Below are positions 48,105 to 58,863 of a DNA stretch of 64,000 bases, in pieces. The notes beneath the pieces are model-generated. The model ran no database searches, had not been told where the DNA came from, and was given only the letters and a program-made list of their open reading frames with translations. Numbering within the stretch: position 1 is the first letter of the stretch; every line of letters starts with the position of its first letter. The position numbers and the translations under genes are program-made. Source of the stretch: Betaproteobacteria bacterium (lineage in GTDB: Bacteria > Pseudomonadota > Gammaproteobacteria > Burkholderiales > Burkholderiaceae_C); assembly GCA_031379415.1 (NCBI GenBank), contig JANNFE010000166.1:156-64155 (forward strand), in the 5' to 3' direction.

Positions 48105-48977
48105 TCAAAGGCCGGCGAGGTAGCGCCGCGGGTCGACGGCCTCACCGTGGCGCAGCACCTCGAAGTGCAGGTGCGCGCCGGTGGAGCGGCCGGTGGAGCC
48201 GACAGCGGCAATGGTGTCGCCGGGCGCCACCAGATCGCCGGTCTTGACCCACAACGCCGAGGCGTGCGCGTAGCGCGTGATGAGGCCCTGGCCATGGTCG
48301 ATCTCGACCACCTGGCCGTAGTCGGGCCTGAGGCCGGCGAAGGCCACGGTGCCGCCCGCGGCAGCGCGGATGGCCGTGCCCGGTGCGGCGGCGAAGTCGA
48401 GCCCGGCGTGAAAGGCCCGGCGGCCGGTGAAGGGGTCGTCGCGGTTGCCGAAGACCGACACCAGGTCGGCATCGGCCAGCGGCAGCCGCGTCGGCAGGCG
48501 CATCAGCGCCAGGTTGTGCAGCGAGGCCGCGTCGCCGACGCGCTCGATCTGCTGCTCCAGGCTGGCCAGGCGCGCCTGCAGCGCACCCAGCCCATCGGCT
48601 TCCTGCCGCGGTGGCAGCACGGGCCCGCCGCTGTCGGCGCGCGTGCCACGTGCAGCACGCACGGCCGGCAAGGGCCGGGCTGCATCGCCCTGCAGCAGGC
48701 CGATGCGCTGGCTCAGCTGGCCGGCCTGGCTCTCCAGCTTGAACAGGCGGCCGGACAAAGCGCCCAGCTGCTCGACCGCGAAGGGCCGCGCCGACAGCGA
48801 GGCCGGGTTCGGCGCCAGCACCGGCGCCACACGCTGCGAGGCCCAGAAGCCCAGGCTGCCACCGGCCAGCAGCAAAGCCAGCGCGGCCACGACGCCGGCC
48901 CCGAGCACGACCCGCAGCGGCAGCGTGCGGACGCGCGATGAACTGGACGGGCCAGCGGCAATCATGACGAACGACAT
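48105..48977 (-). CDS. M23 family metallopeptidase with N-terminal TM and coiled coil
   Basis: S.FG.R.DPF.G....HAGLD, A.A.G.V, YG..V.IDH..G..TRYAH, G.TGRSTG.HLHFEV. Confidence 0.92.
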   Translation of the reverse strand: MSFVMIAAGPSSSSRVRTLPLRVVLGAGVVAALALLLAGGSLGFWASQRVAPVLAPNPASLSARPFAVEQLGALSGRLFKLESQAGQLSQRIGLLQGDAARPLPAVRAARGTRADSGGPVLPPRQEADGLGALQARLASLEQQIERVGDAASLHNLALMRLPTRLPLADADLVSVFGNRDDPFTGRRAFHAGLDFAAAPGTAIRAAAGGTVAFAGLRPDYGQVVEIDHGQGLITRYAHASALWVKTGDLVAPGDTIAAVGSTGRSTGAHLHFEVLRHGEAVDPRRYLAGL

Positions 48978-49163
48978 CGGGGCACCTCGGCAATGGTCTC
49001 GGTTCAGGCACGCAGCGAAAGGGAGAGAAGGTGGCCCCGGCCCTTGAACCCTGGCGCCCGCATGCTAGGGGCGGGCGCAGCCTGTGGCTGTGTGGAGGCG
49101 CAACGGAGTGTGTGTCGGCCGACACCGACAATGCGCCCACGCACCCACTCCGGAGACCCCCGC

Positions 49164-49400
49164 GTGAAGCCCTACGACATCGAAGTGCAGCGCCTGAAGT
49201 CGATGAAACACGACAAGGGGCTGATCGAGATCAGCATCGATGCCCTGGTGATGTCCCGCGTGGTGCGCGACGACGCCTCCGCCACCAGTTGCCTGCGCCT
49301 GCCCGTGGAACACGCGCGCACCTTGCTGATCCTGCTGAAGCAGCAGTTTGCCGAACTCGACAAGTTGCAACCGCGCAGCCGCCGCTCAGGCCGGTGCTGA
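49164..49400 (+). CDS. Small hypothetical protein
   Basis: GGAG SD then GTG; KPYDIEVQRLKSM...LL.LLKQQFAELDK.Q.RSRR; codon pattern consistent with coding. Confidence 0.6.
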   Translation: MKPYDIEVQRLKSMKHDKGLIEISIDALVMSRVVRDDASATSCLRLPVEHARTLLILLKQQFAELDKLQPRSRRSGRC

Positions 49401-49413
49401 TGCGGCAGCGCCG

Positions 49414-50937
49414 CTAGCGCCAGCGCGCGGCGATGGCGGGCAGGTCCGGCGCCTGGTCGGTGTCGATGCGCATCGCGGCTTCGTCGGGCGCCAGGGGCTC
49501 GTCGATGCCGAGCTGGAAGTCCAGCACCGACAGATCGGCTTCCGAGGCGTCGTCGCCGCGCTGCTGGCGCGCCTGGATGCGCTGGCGCAGGGTGGCTATG
49601 GCGGCCTGGCAATCGAGGATGAGAAAGGGCACGCCAGCCTCTAGTGCCAGGCCGCGCATCTGCGCGCGTTCGCTGCGCCGCAGGCAGGCCGCGTCGATGA
49701 TCACCGGGTGCCCGGCGGCCAGCAGCCCGCGCGCCAGTTCGGCCAGACGGCCGTAGGTGCGCGTGTTGGCGTCCTGTCCGTAGATGCCACCCGCCACGTG
49801 CGCGCCCGAAGCCTGCAGGGCCGACAAGCCGTGCAGCCGCTTGCGCTCGACATCCGAGCGCAGCCGCACCGCACCGGTGAGTTCCAGCAAGCCCTGGGTG
49901 ACGAAGGTCTTGCCCGAACCGGACAAGCCATGCGTCACCAGCAGGCGCGGTGGCGCGGGCTGGAAGGCGACCCGGCGCGCCAGCGCAAGGTAGTGCTCGG
50001 CTGCAGACCCCGCAGCCGCACCCTGCGCAGCCTCGATGCGCGCCACCATCGCCCGCACCAGCGCGCGGTGCACGAGGTAGGGCCGCAACACCGGCACGCC
50101 GGCATGGTCGCCACTGGCGTCGAGCCAGGCGTTGACGAAGCGCCAGGCCAGCGCCGGCCGGCCATGAGCCAGCAGGTCCATGGTCATGAAGGCGATGTCG
50201 CTCTGCATGTCGATCCAGCGCAGCGCGGGGTCGAATTCCAGGCAGTCGAAGGCCGTGACACCATCGTCCAGCACCACGGCATTGCGCAGATGCAGGTCAC
50301 CATGGCATTCGCGCACGGCACCGTCCTGCTGGCGCCGCTGCCACAGCGGGCGCAGCGCAGGCACCACGCCGTCGAACCCGCGCTGCAGGTCGGCCACATC
50401 CGCACCGCGCTGCTGCAGGCGGCGCAGCACGGCGCGGGTCTCTTCGGCCACCTCGTCGGCACTGCCCCAGCGGCTGCCTGGCGGCGCTACGGGCGCGTCG
50501 CGGTGCACGGCCGCCACGCGTGCGGCCAGGGCGTCCAGATGCGCCGGCTGCAGCGTGCCGTCGGTCAGTTTCTCGCTCAGCAGCGCGCGGGGCGGGAAGC
50601 GGCGCATCTTCAGCGCAAACTCGATGGCCGGGCCTTCGCCGCCGATTCGTGGCGCGTCCACGCTGCCGGTGATGGCCACGACCTCGAGGTAGATCGAAGG
50701 CGCCCAGGGCCGGTTGAGTCTGAGTTCCTCGTCGCAGAAATGGCGCCGCGCGGCCAGCTTGGAGAAGTCCAGGAAGCCCAGATTGACCGGCTTCTTGATC
50801 TTCCAGGCGGTGTCGCCCACCAGCAGCACCCAGGAGATGTGGGTCTCGATGCGCTGCACGCTGGCGCCGCCCCACTGCGCCTGCAGCGCATCCACCAGCG
50901 CGCCACCCGGCTCTTCGATCAGCATGCGCTCGAGCAT
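49414..50937 (-). CDS. Bifunctional aminoglycoside-phosphotransferase-like / AAA_33 kinase protein
   Basis: ETHISWV.L.G..A.KIKKPV..GFLDFS, RECHGDLHL.N, FDC.EF...LRWID..D.AF..MDL, Walker A GLSGSGKT, LRSD.ERKRL; start 50937 or 50925. Confidence 0.88.
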   Translation of the reverse strand: MLERMLIEEPGGALVDALQAQWGGASVQRIETHISWVLLVGDTAWKIKKPVNLGFLDFSKLAARRHFCDEELRLNRPWAPSIYLEVVAITGSVDAPRIGGEGPAIEFALKMRRFPPRALLSEKLTDGTLQPAHLDALAARVAAVHRDAPVAPPGSRWGSADEVAEETRAVLRRLQQRGADVADLQRGFDGVVPALRPLWQRRQQDGAVRECHGDLHLRNAVVLDDGVTAFDCLEFDPALRWIDMQSDIAFMTMDLLAHGRPALAWRFVNAWLDASGDHAGVPVLRPYLVHRALVRAMVARIEAAQGAAAGSAAEHYLALARRVAFQPAPPRLLVTHGLSGSGKTFVTQGLLELTGAVRLRSDVERKRLHGLSALQASGAHVAGGIYGQDANTRTYGRLAELARGLLAAGHPVIIDAACLRRSERAQMRGLALEAGVPFLILDCQAAIATLRQRIQARQQRGDDASEADLSVLDFQLGIDEPLAPDEAAMRIDTDQAPDLPAIAARWR

Positions 50938-50971
50938 GGCACGGCGCCCGAACGCACCGTTGAGCACAGGT

Positions 50972-50985
50972 TTCATCCAGATCAA
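50972..50985. promoter_or_regulatory. FNR box TTCAT-CCAG-ATCAA
   Basis: One mismatch; in the divergent kinase/korC intergenic region. Confidence 0.6.
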
Positions 50986-51094
50986 GGCCAGCCGCAATTG
51001 AGGGTCAGTGCGCAGCCCGTGGCGCCTGCCCTGTGCTTAGACTCGCGCGACACCCGCACGCCAGCCCAGGACGAATGCGGGGCAGGAGACGACA

Positions 51095-52936
51095 TTGCAG
51101 CTGACCAACACAGCGGGCGCGGCCTACTTTCACCAGGTCGTCGATTGCCAATGGGCCTGCCCGGCCCACACCCCGGTGCCGGAGTACATCCGGCTCATCG
51201 GCCAGGGGCGTTACGACGACGCCTACATGATCAACTGGGTGTCCAACGTCTTTCCCGGCGTGTTGGGCCGAACGTGTGACCGGCCCTGTGAACCGGCCTG
51301 CCGGCGCGTGCGTGTCGAAGAGAACAACGGCGCGACGGCGGAACCGGTCGCCATCTGCCGCCTGAAGCGCGTGGCCGCCGACCACAAGAGCGACGTGCGG
51401 GCACGCATGCCCGAGCTCATGCCGGCCAATGGCAGGCGCGTGGCCTGCGTCGGCGCCGGGCCGTCTTCGCTGACGGTGGCGCGCGACCTCGCGCCGCTGG
51501 GCTACGAGGTCACGGTGTTCGACGGCGAAGCCCAGGCCGGCGGCTTCATCCGCACGCAGATCCCGCGCTTCCGGCTGCCCGAATCGGTCATCGACGAGGA
51601 AACCGGCTACATCCTCGACCTGGGTGTGAAGTTCCGCGGCGGCGAACGTGTCGACTCGATGAAGGCACTGCTGGCCCAGGGCTACGATGCCATCTTCGTC
51701 GGCTGCGGTGCGCCGCGCGGGCGCGACCTGCAGGTCCCCGGCCGCCAGGAGGCGGCGGCCAACATCCACATCGGCATCGACTGGCTGGCCTCGGTGTCCT
51801 TCGGCCACATCACGAGCGTCGGCCGGCGCGTCATCGTGCTGGGTGGTGGCAACACGGCAATGGACTGCTGCCGCTCTGCGCGCCGGCTGGGCGGCCAGCA
51901 GGTGTCGGTGATCGTGCGCAGCGGCTTCGACGAGATGAAGGCCTCGCCCTGGGAGAAGGAAGACGCGCTGCACGAAGGCATCCCCATCCTCAACTTCCAC
52001 GTGCCCAGGCGCTTCGAGCACGAAGGCGGCAGGCTCACCGGCATGAGCTTCGAGATCGTGCGCGCCGAGGTCGACACCCAAGGCCTGCGCCAGCTGGTGC
52101 CCACGGGCGAACCCGATGTGCTCGTGCCCTGCGACACCGTGCTGGTGGCCGTGGGCCAGGAGAACGCCTTCCCCTGGATCGAGGCCGACTGCGGCATCGC
52201 CTTCGACCAGTCGGGCCTGCCAGTGCTGGATGCCGGCACGCACCAGGCGACGCTGCCGCAGGTCTTCTTCGGCGGTGATGCGGCCTTCGGCCCGAAGAAC
52301 ATCATCACCGCGGTGGCCCACGGCCACGAGGCCGCGGTGTCCATCGACCGCCTGCTGAATCGCGAGGACGTGAAGCGCCGTCCGGCGCCGTTTGCCAACC
52401 TGATGTCGCAGAAGATGGGCATCCACGAGTGGAGCTACGACAACGACGTGTCGAACGACGTGCGCTCCAAGGTGCCCTGGGCGGCGGCCGAGAAGGCGCT
52501 GGCCAGCATCCGCGTCGAGGTGGAACTCGGCTTCGACGCCGCGACCGCCTTCAAGGAAGCGCAGCGCTGCCTGAACTGCGACGTGCAGACGGTGTTCAAC
52601 CGCGACACCTGCATCGAGTGCGACGCCTGCGTCGACATCTGCCCCATGGACTGCATCACCTTCACCGAAGGCGGCGAAGAGGCCGAGTTGCGCACGCGCC
52701 TGAAGGCCCCGGCGCGCCACGCCTACCAGGCCCTGTATGTCAGCACCGACCTGAAGAGCGGCCGCGTCATGGTCAAGGACGAGGATGTCTGCCTGCACTG
52801 CGGCCTGTGCGCCGAGCGCTGCCCCACCGGCGCCTGGGACATGCAGAAGTTCCTGCTGCACACCACGCAGGCCGGGCCGCTCTGCCGCGACAAGGCAGCC
52901 GGGCACGGCAGCGCACTCAGCAGGGAGCTGGCATGA
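51095..52936 (+). CDS. GltD/NfnB-like flavo-Fe-S NADP(H) oxidoreductase with C-terminal 2x[4Fe-4S] ferredoxin (KorC-like)
   Basis: TTG start with AGGAG SD; CQ.ACPAH, GRTC.RPCE.AC.R, VG.GP..L..A, GGGNTAMD..R.ARRLG, FFGGD..FGP..I..A, CIECDACVDICP, CLHCGLCAERCP. Confidence 0.85.
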   Translation: MQLTNTAGAAYFHQVVDCQWACPAHTPVPEYIRLIGQGRYDDAYMINWVSNVFPGVLGRTCDRPCEPACRRVRVEENNGATAEPVAICRLKRVAADHKSDVRARMPELMPANGRRVACVGAGPSSLTVARDLAPLGYEVTVFDGEAQAGGFIRTQIPRFRLPESVIDEETGYILDLGVKFRGGERVDSMKALLAQGYDAIFVGCGAPRGRDLQVPGRQEAAANIHIGIDWLASVSFGHITSVGRRVIVLGGGNTAMDCCRSARRLGGQQVSVIVRSGFDEMKASPWEKEDALHEGIPILNFHVPRRFEHEGGRLTGMSFEIVRAEVDTQGLRQLVPTGEPDVLVPCDTVLVAVGQENAFPWIEADCGIAFDQSGLPVLDAGTHQATLPQVFFGGDAAFGPKNIITAVAHGHEAAVSIDRLLNREDVKRRPAPFANLMSQKMGIHEWSYDNDVSNDVRSKVPWAAAEKALASIRVEVELGFDAATAFKEAQRCLNCDVQTVFNRDTCIECDACVDICPMDCITFTEGGEEAELRTRLKAPARHAYQALYVSTDLKSGRVMVKDEDVCLHCGLCAERCPTGAWDMQKFLLHTTQAGPLCRDKAAGHGSALSRELA

Positions 52937-54756
52937 AACGCATCGAGGGCGTCAACGACTTCGTCATCAAGTTCGCCAACGTCAACGGCTCGGGTTCGGC
53001 CTCGGCCAACGAACTCTTCGCCAAGGCCATCCTGCGCATGGGCGTGCCGGTGAGCCCGCGCAACATCTTTCCCAGCAACATCCAGGGCATGCCCACCTGG
53101 TACGAAGCGCGGGTGTGCGAGCAGGGCTACCACGGCCGCCGCGGCGGCGTGGACATGATGGTGGCCATGAACCCGCAGACCTGGGCGGCCGACCTGGCCG
53201 AGATCGAGCCCGGCGGCTACCTCTTCTACGACAGCACGCGGCCGATGCCGGCATCGGCCTTCAGGCCCGATGTCAACGTCATCGGCGTGCCGCTGACAGC
53301 GATCACCAACGCCGCCTACACCGACGCGCGCCAGCGCCAGCTGTTCAAGAACATCATCTATGTCGGCGCGCTGTCGGTGCTGCTGGATGTCGACGCCGAG
53401 GTCTTCGAGAAGCTCTTCGCCGAGCAGTACAAGGGCAAGGAAAGGCTGCTCGACAGCAACCTCCAGGCCTTGCATCTGGGCCGCGACCACGTGAAGCAGC
53501 ACCTGCAGGCGCCGCTGGGCATCCGCGTGCGGCGCGCCGACAAGGTGGGTGAGCAGATCTTCACCGACGGCAACAGCGCCATCGCGCTGGGTTGCCTCTA
53601 CGGCGGCGCCACGGTGGCGGCGTGGTATCCGATCACGCCCTCGTCGTCGGTGCCCGAGGCCTTCCAGAAGTACTGCGAGAAGTTCCGCGTCGACCCGGCG
53701 ACGGGACAGAACCGCTACGCCATCGTGCAGGCCGAGGACGAGCTGGCCAGCATCGGCATGGTGGTGGGCGCGGGCTGGAACGGCGCGCGCGCCTTCACGG
53801 CCACCTCGGGCCCCGGCATCAGCCTGATGCAGGAATTCATCGGCCTGGCCTACTTTGCGGAAATCCCGGTGACCATCGTCGACGTGCAGCGCGGCGGGCC
53901 TTCCACCGGCATGCCCACGCGCACGCAGCAGAGCGACCTGACGATCTGCGCCTACGCCTCGCACGGCGACACCAAGCATGTGCTGCTGCTGCCGCAGGAC
54001 CCGCATGAATGCTTCGAGTTCGCCGCCGCCTCGCTGGACCTCGCCGACCGCCTGCAGACGCCGGTGTTCCTGATGACCGACCTGGACATCGGCATGAACC
54101 AGCGCCTGTGCAAGCCCTTCGTGTGGGACGACGCGCGCGGCTTCGACCGCGGCAAGGTCATGAGCGCCGAGGAACTGGAGGCGGGCAAGGACTTCGGCCG
54201 CTACAAGGACGTGGACGGCGACGGCATCCCCTGGCGCACCCTGCCCGGCACGCACCCCACCAAGGGCAGCTTCTTCACGCGCGGCACCACGCGCGACCCC
54301 TATGCGCGCTACAGCGAGCGCGGGCCCGACTACATCTACAACATGGAAAGGCTGCTGAAGAAGTTCAAGACCGCGGCCACGCTGGTGCCGCAGCCACTGC
54401 AGCGCCGGGCCGCCGAGGCCACGCGCTTTGGCGTCATCTACTTCGGCAGCACCACGCCGGCCATGCGCGAGGCGCTCGACGTGCTGGAAGCTGAAGACAT
54501 CCACGTCGACGCGCTGCGCCTGCGCGCCTTCCCCTTCCCCGACAGCGTGGCCGCCTTCATCAACGCGCACGAGCATGTCTTCGTGGTGGAGCAGAACCGC
54601 GACGGCCAGATGCAGCAGATGCTGGTCAACGAGCTGCAGATCGCCCCGGCGCGCCTGCAGCGCGTGCTGCACTACGACGGCACGCCGATCACGGCACGCT
54701 TCATCGCCGGCGCCATCCGCAAGAGCCTGGCTAACCGCGTGAAGGAAACGGCATGA
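52933..54756 (+). CDS. korA: 2-oxoacid:acceptor oxidoreductase alpha subunit (gamma-alpha fusion)
   Basis: N.NGSGS.SAN, FPSNIQG.PT, GN.A.A.G...GG.T..AWYPITPS, QAEDE.ASI....GA.WNG.R.FT.TSGPG.SLM.E, .VQR.GPSTG.PTR.QQ.D. Confidence 0.9.
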   Translation: MKRIEGVNDFVIKFANVNGSGSASANELFAKAILRMGVPVSPRNIFPSNIQGMPTWYEARVCEQGYHGRRGGVDMMVAMNPQTWAADLAEIEPGGYLFYDSTRPMPASAFRPDVNVIGVPLTAITNAAYTDARQRQLFKNIIYVGALSVLLDVDAEVFEKLFAEQYKGKERLLDSNLQALHLGRDHVKQHLQAPLGIRVRRADKVGEQIFTDGNSAIALGCLYGGATVAAWYPITPSSSVPEAFQKYCEKFRVDPATGQNRYAIVQAEDELASIGMVVGAGWNGARAFTATSGPGISLMQEFIGLAYFAEIPVTIVDVQRGGPSTGMPTRTQQSDLTICAYASHGDTKHVLLLPQDPHECFEFAAASLDLADRLQTPVFLMTDLDIGMNQRLCKPFVWDDARGFDRGKVMSAEELEAGKDFGRYKDVDGDGIPWRTLPGTHPTKGSFFTRGTTRDPYARYSERGPDYIYNMERLLKKFKTAATLVPQPLQRRAAEATRFGVIYFGSTTPAMREALDVLEAEDIHVDALRLRAFPFPDSVAAFINAHEHVFVVEQNRDGQMQQMLVNELQIAPARLQRVLHYDGTPITARFIAGAIRKSLANRVKETA

Positions 54757-55808
54757 CCTACATCACCAAGCCGCGGCTGCACCACCCCACGCTGCAGACC
54801 AACAAGGTCGGCTACACGCGGCGCGACTACGAAGGCCGCATCAGCACGCTGTGCGCCGGCTGCGGCCACGACAGCATCTCGGCGGCCATCATCCAGGCGG
54901 CCTGGGAACTGGACATCGAACCGCACCGCGTGGCCAAGCTCTCGGGCATCGGCTGCAGCTCCAAGACGCCCGACTACTTCCTGGGTGCCAGCCACGGCTT
55001 CAACACCGTGCACGGCCGCATGCCGAGCGTGCTGACCGGCGCCAACCTGGCCAACCGCTCGCTCATCTACCTGGGTGTCAGCGGCGACGGCGACAGCGCC
55101 AGCATCGGCCTGGGCCAGTTCGCCAACGCCATGCGGCGCGGCGTGCGCATGGCCTACATCGTCGAGAACAACGGCGTCTACGGCCTCACCAAGGGCCAGT
55201 TCAGCGCCACCGCCGACCGCGGCAGCAAGAGCAAGAAGGGCGTGGTCAACAGCGACAGCCCGGTCGACCTGGTGGGCATCGCTTTGCAGCTCGGTGCCAC
55301 GTTTGTTGCGCGCAGCTTCTCGGGCGACAAGGCGCAGCTGGTGCCGCTGATCAAGGGCGCGCTGGCCCTTGGCGGCGCCGCCTTCATCGACGTCATCAGC
55401 CCCTGCGTGACCTTCAACAATCACGGCGGCAGCACCAAGAGCTATGACTACATCCGCCAGCACAACGAAGCGGTGAGCCGCGTCGACTTCATGACGCCGG
55501 GCGAAGAGATCACCGCCGACTACGCCGCGGGCGAAGTCATCGACGTGCCGCAGCACGGTGGTGAGTTCCTGCGCCTGCGCAAGCTGCACGCCGACTACGA
55601 CCCCACCGACCGCTACGCCGCGCTGGCCTACATGAACGAACATGCCAAACATGGCGAAGTGGTCACCGGGCTGCTGTATCTTGACCCGCTCGCCACCGAC
55701 CTGCACACCGCGATGAACACCTGCGCCGCGCCGCTGGCCAGCCTGGCCGAACGGCAGTTGTGCCCGGGCAGCAGCGCGCTGCAGAAGATCAACGCCTCGC
55801 TGCGCTGA
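54753..55808 (+). CDS. korB: 2-oxoacid:ferredoxin oxidoreductase beta subunit
   Basis: LCAGCGHD, SGIGCSS, HGR, TPP motif GDGDSASIG, NNG.YGLTKGQ.S.T, SPCVTFN. Confidence 0.92.
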   Translation: MTYITKPRLHHPTLQTNKVGYTRRDYEGRISTLCAGCGHDSISAAIIQAAWELDIEPHRVAKLSGIGCSSKTPDYFLGASHGFNTVHGRMPSVLTGANLANRSLIYLGVSGDGDSASIGLGQFANAMRRGVRMAYIVENNGVYGLTKGQFSATADRGSKSKKGVVNSDSPVDLVGIALQLGATFVARSFSGDKAQLVPLIKGALALGGAAFIDVISPCVTFNNHGGSTKSYDYIRQHNEAVSRVDFMTPGEEITADYAAGEVIDVPQHGGEFLRLRKLHADYDPTDRYAALAYMNEHAKHGEVVTGLLYLDPLATDLHTAMNTCAAPLASLAERQLCPGSSALQKINASLR

Positions 55809-55819
55809 AGGAGTTAGCC

Positions 55820-56256
55820 ATGCCCGAACGTTCGGTCTTCCAGGCCATGTCGCGCCGCCACGTCATCAGCCTGGGCCCGCAAGCCACGGTGCACGAGGCG
55901 GCCTGCGTCATGACGCGCGCCAACTGCGGCAGCGTGCTCATCATCGACACCACCAGCACGCTGCTCGGCATCCTGACCGAGCGCGATCTCATGACGCGCG
56001 TGCTGGCCAAGGCACTGGATCCGGCCACCACGCTGGTGACCCGGGTGATGACGCCGCACCCGCACTGCATCGGCCCCGAGTTCAAGGTGGCCGACGCCGT
56101 GCTCATCATGATCGAGCGCGGCTTCCGACACCTGCCGGTGGTGGCCGAAGGCGGCCGCATCCTGGGCGTGTTCTCGGCGCGCGACGCGCTGCCGCGCGAA
56201 TTGAACACCGCCGTCACGCTGGCCGAGTTCAACGAGCAGGTGAACGACGCGCTGGG

Positions 56257-56260
<4 letters not shown>
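55820..56260 (+). CDS. Tandem CBS domain protein
   Basis: V.EAA..M......S.LI, LLGILTERDL..RV.A, V..VMT..P, RHLPVV....G.LGV.S.RD; AAGGAG SD. Confidence 0.9.

Positions 56261-58859
<2,599 letters not shown>

Positions 58860-58863
<4 letters not shown>

Noticed and set aside
49112-49125. Perfect palindrome GTGTCGGCCGACAC in the divergent M23/hypothetical intergenic region
   Set aside because: Single occurrence with no matching regulator; may be an operator but unsupported.
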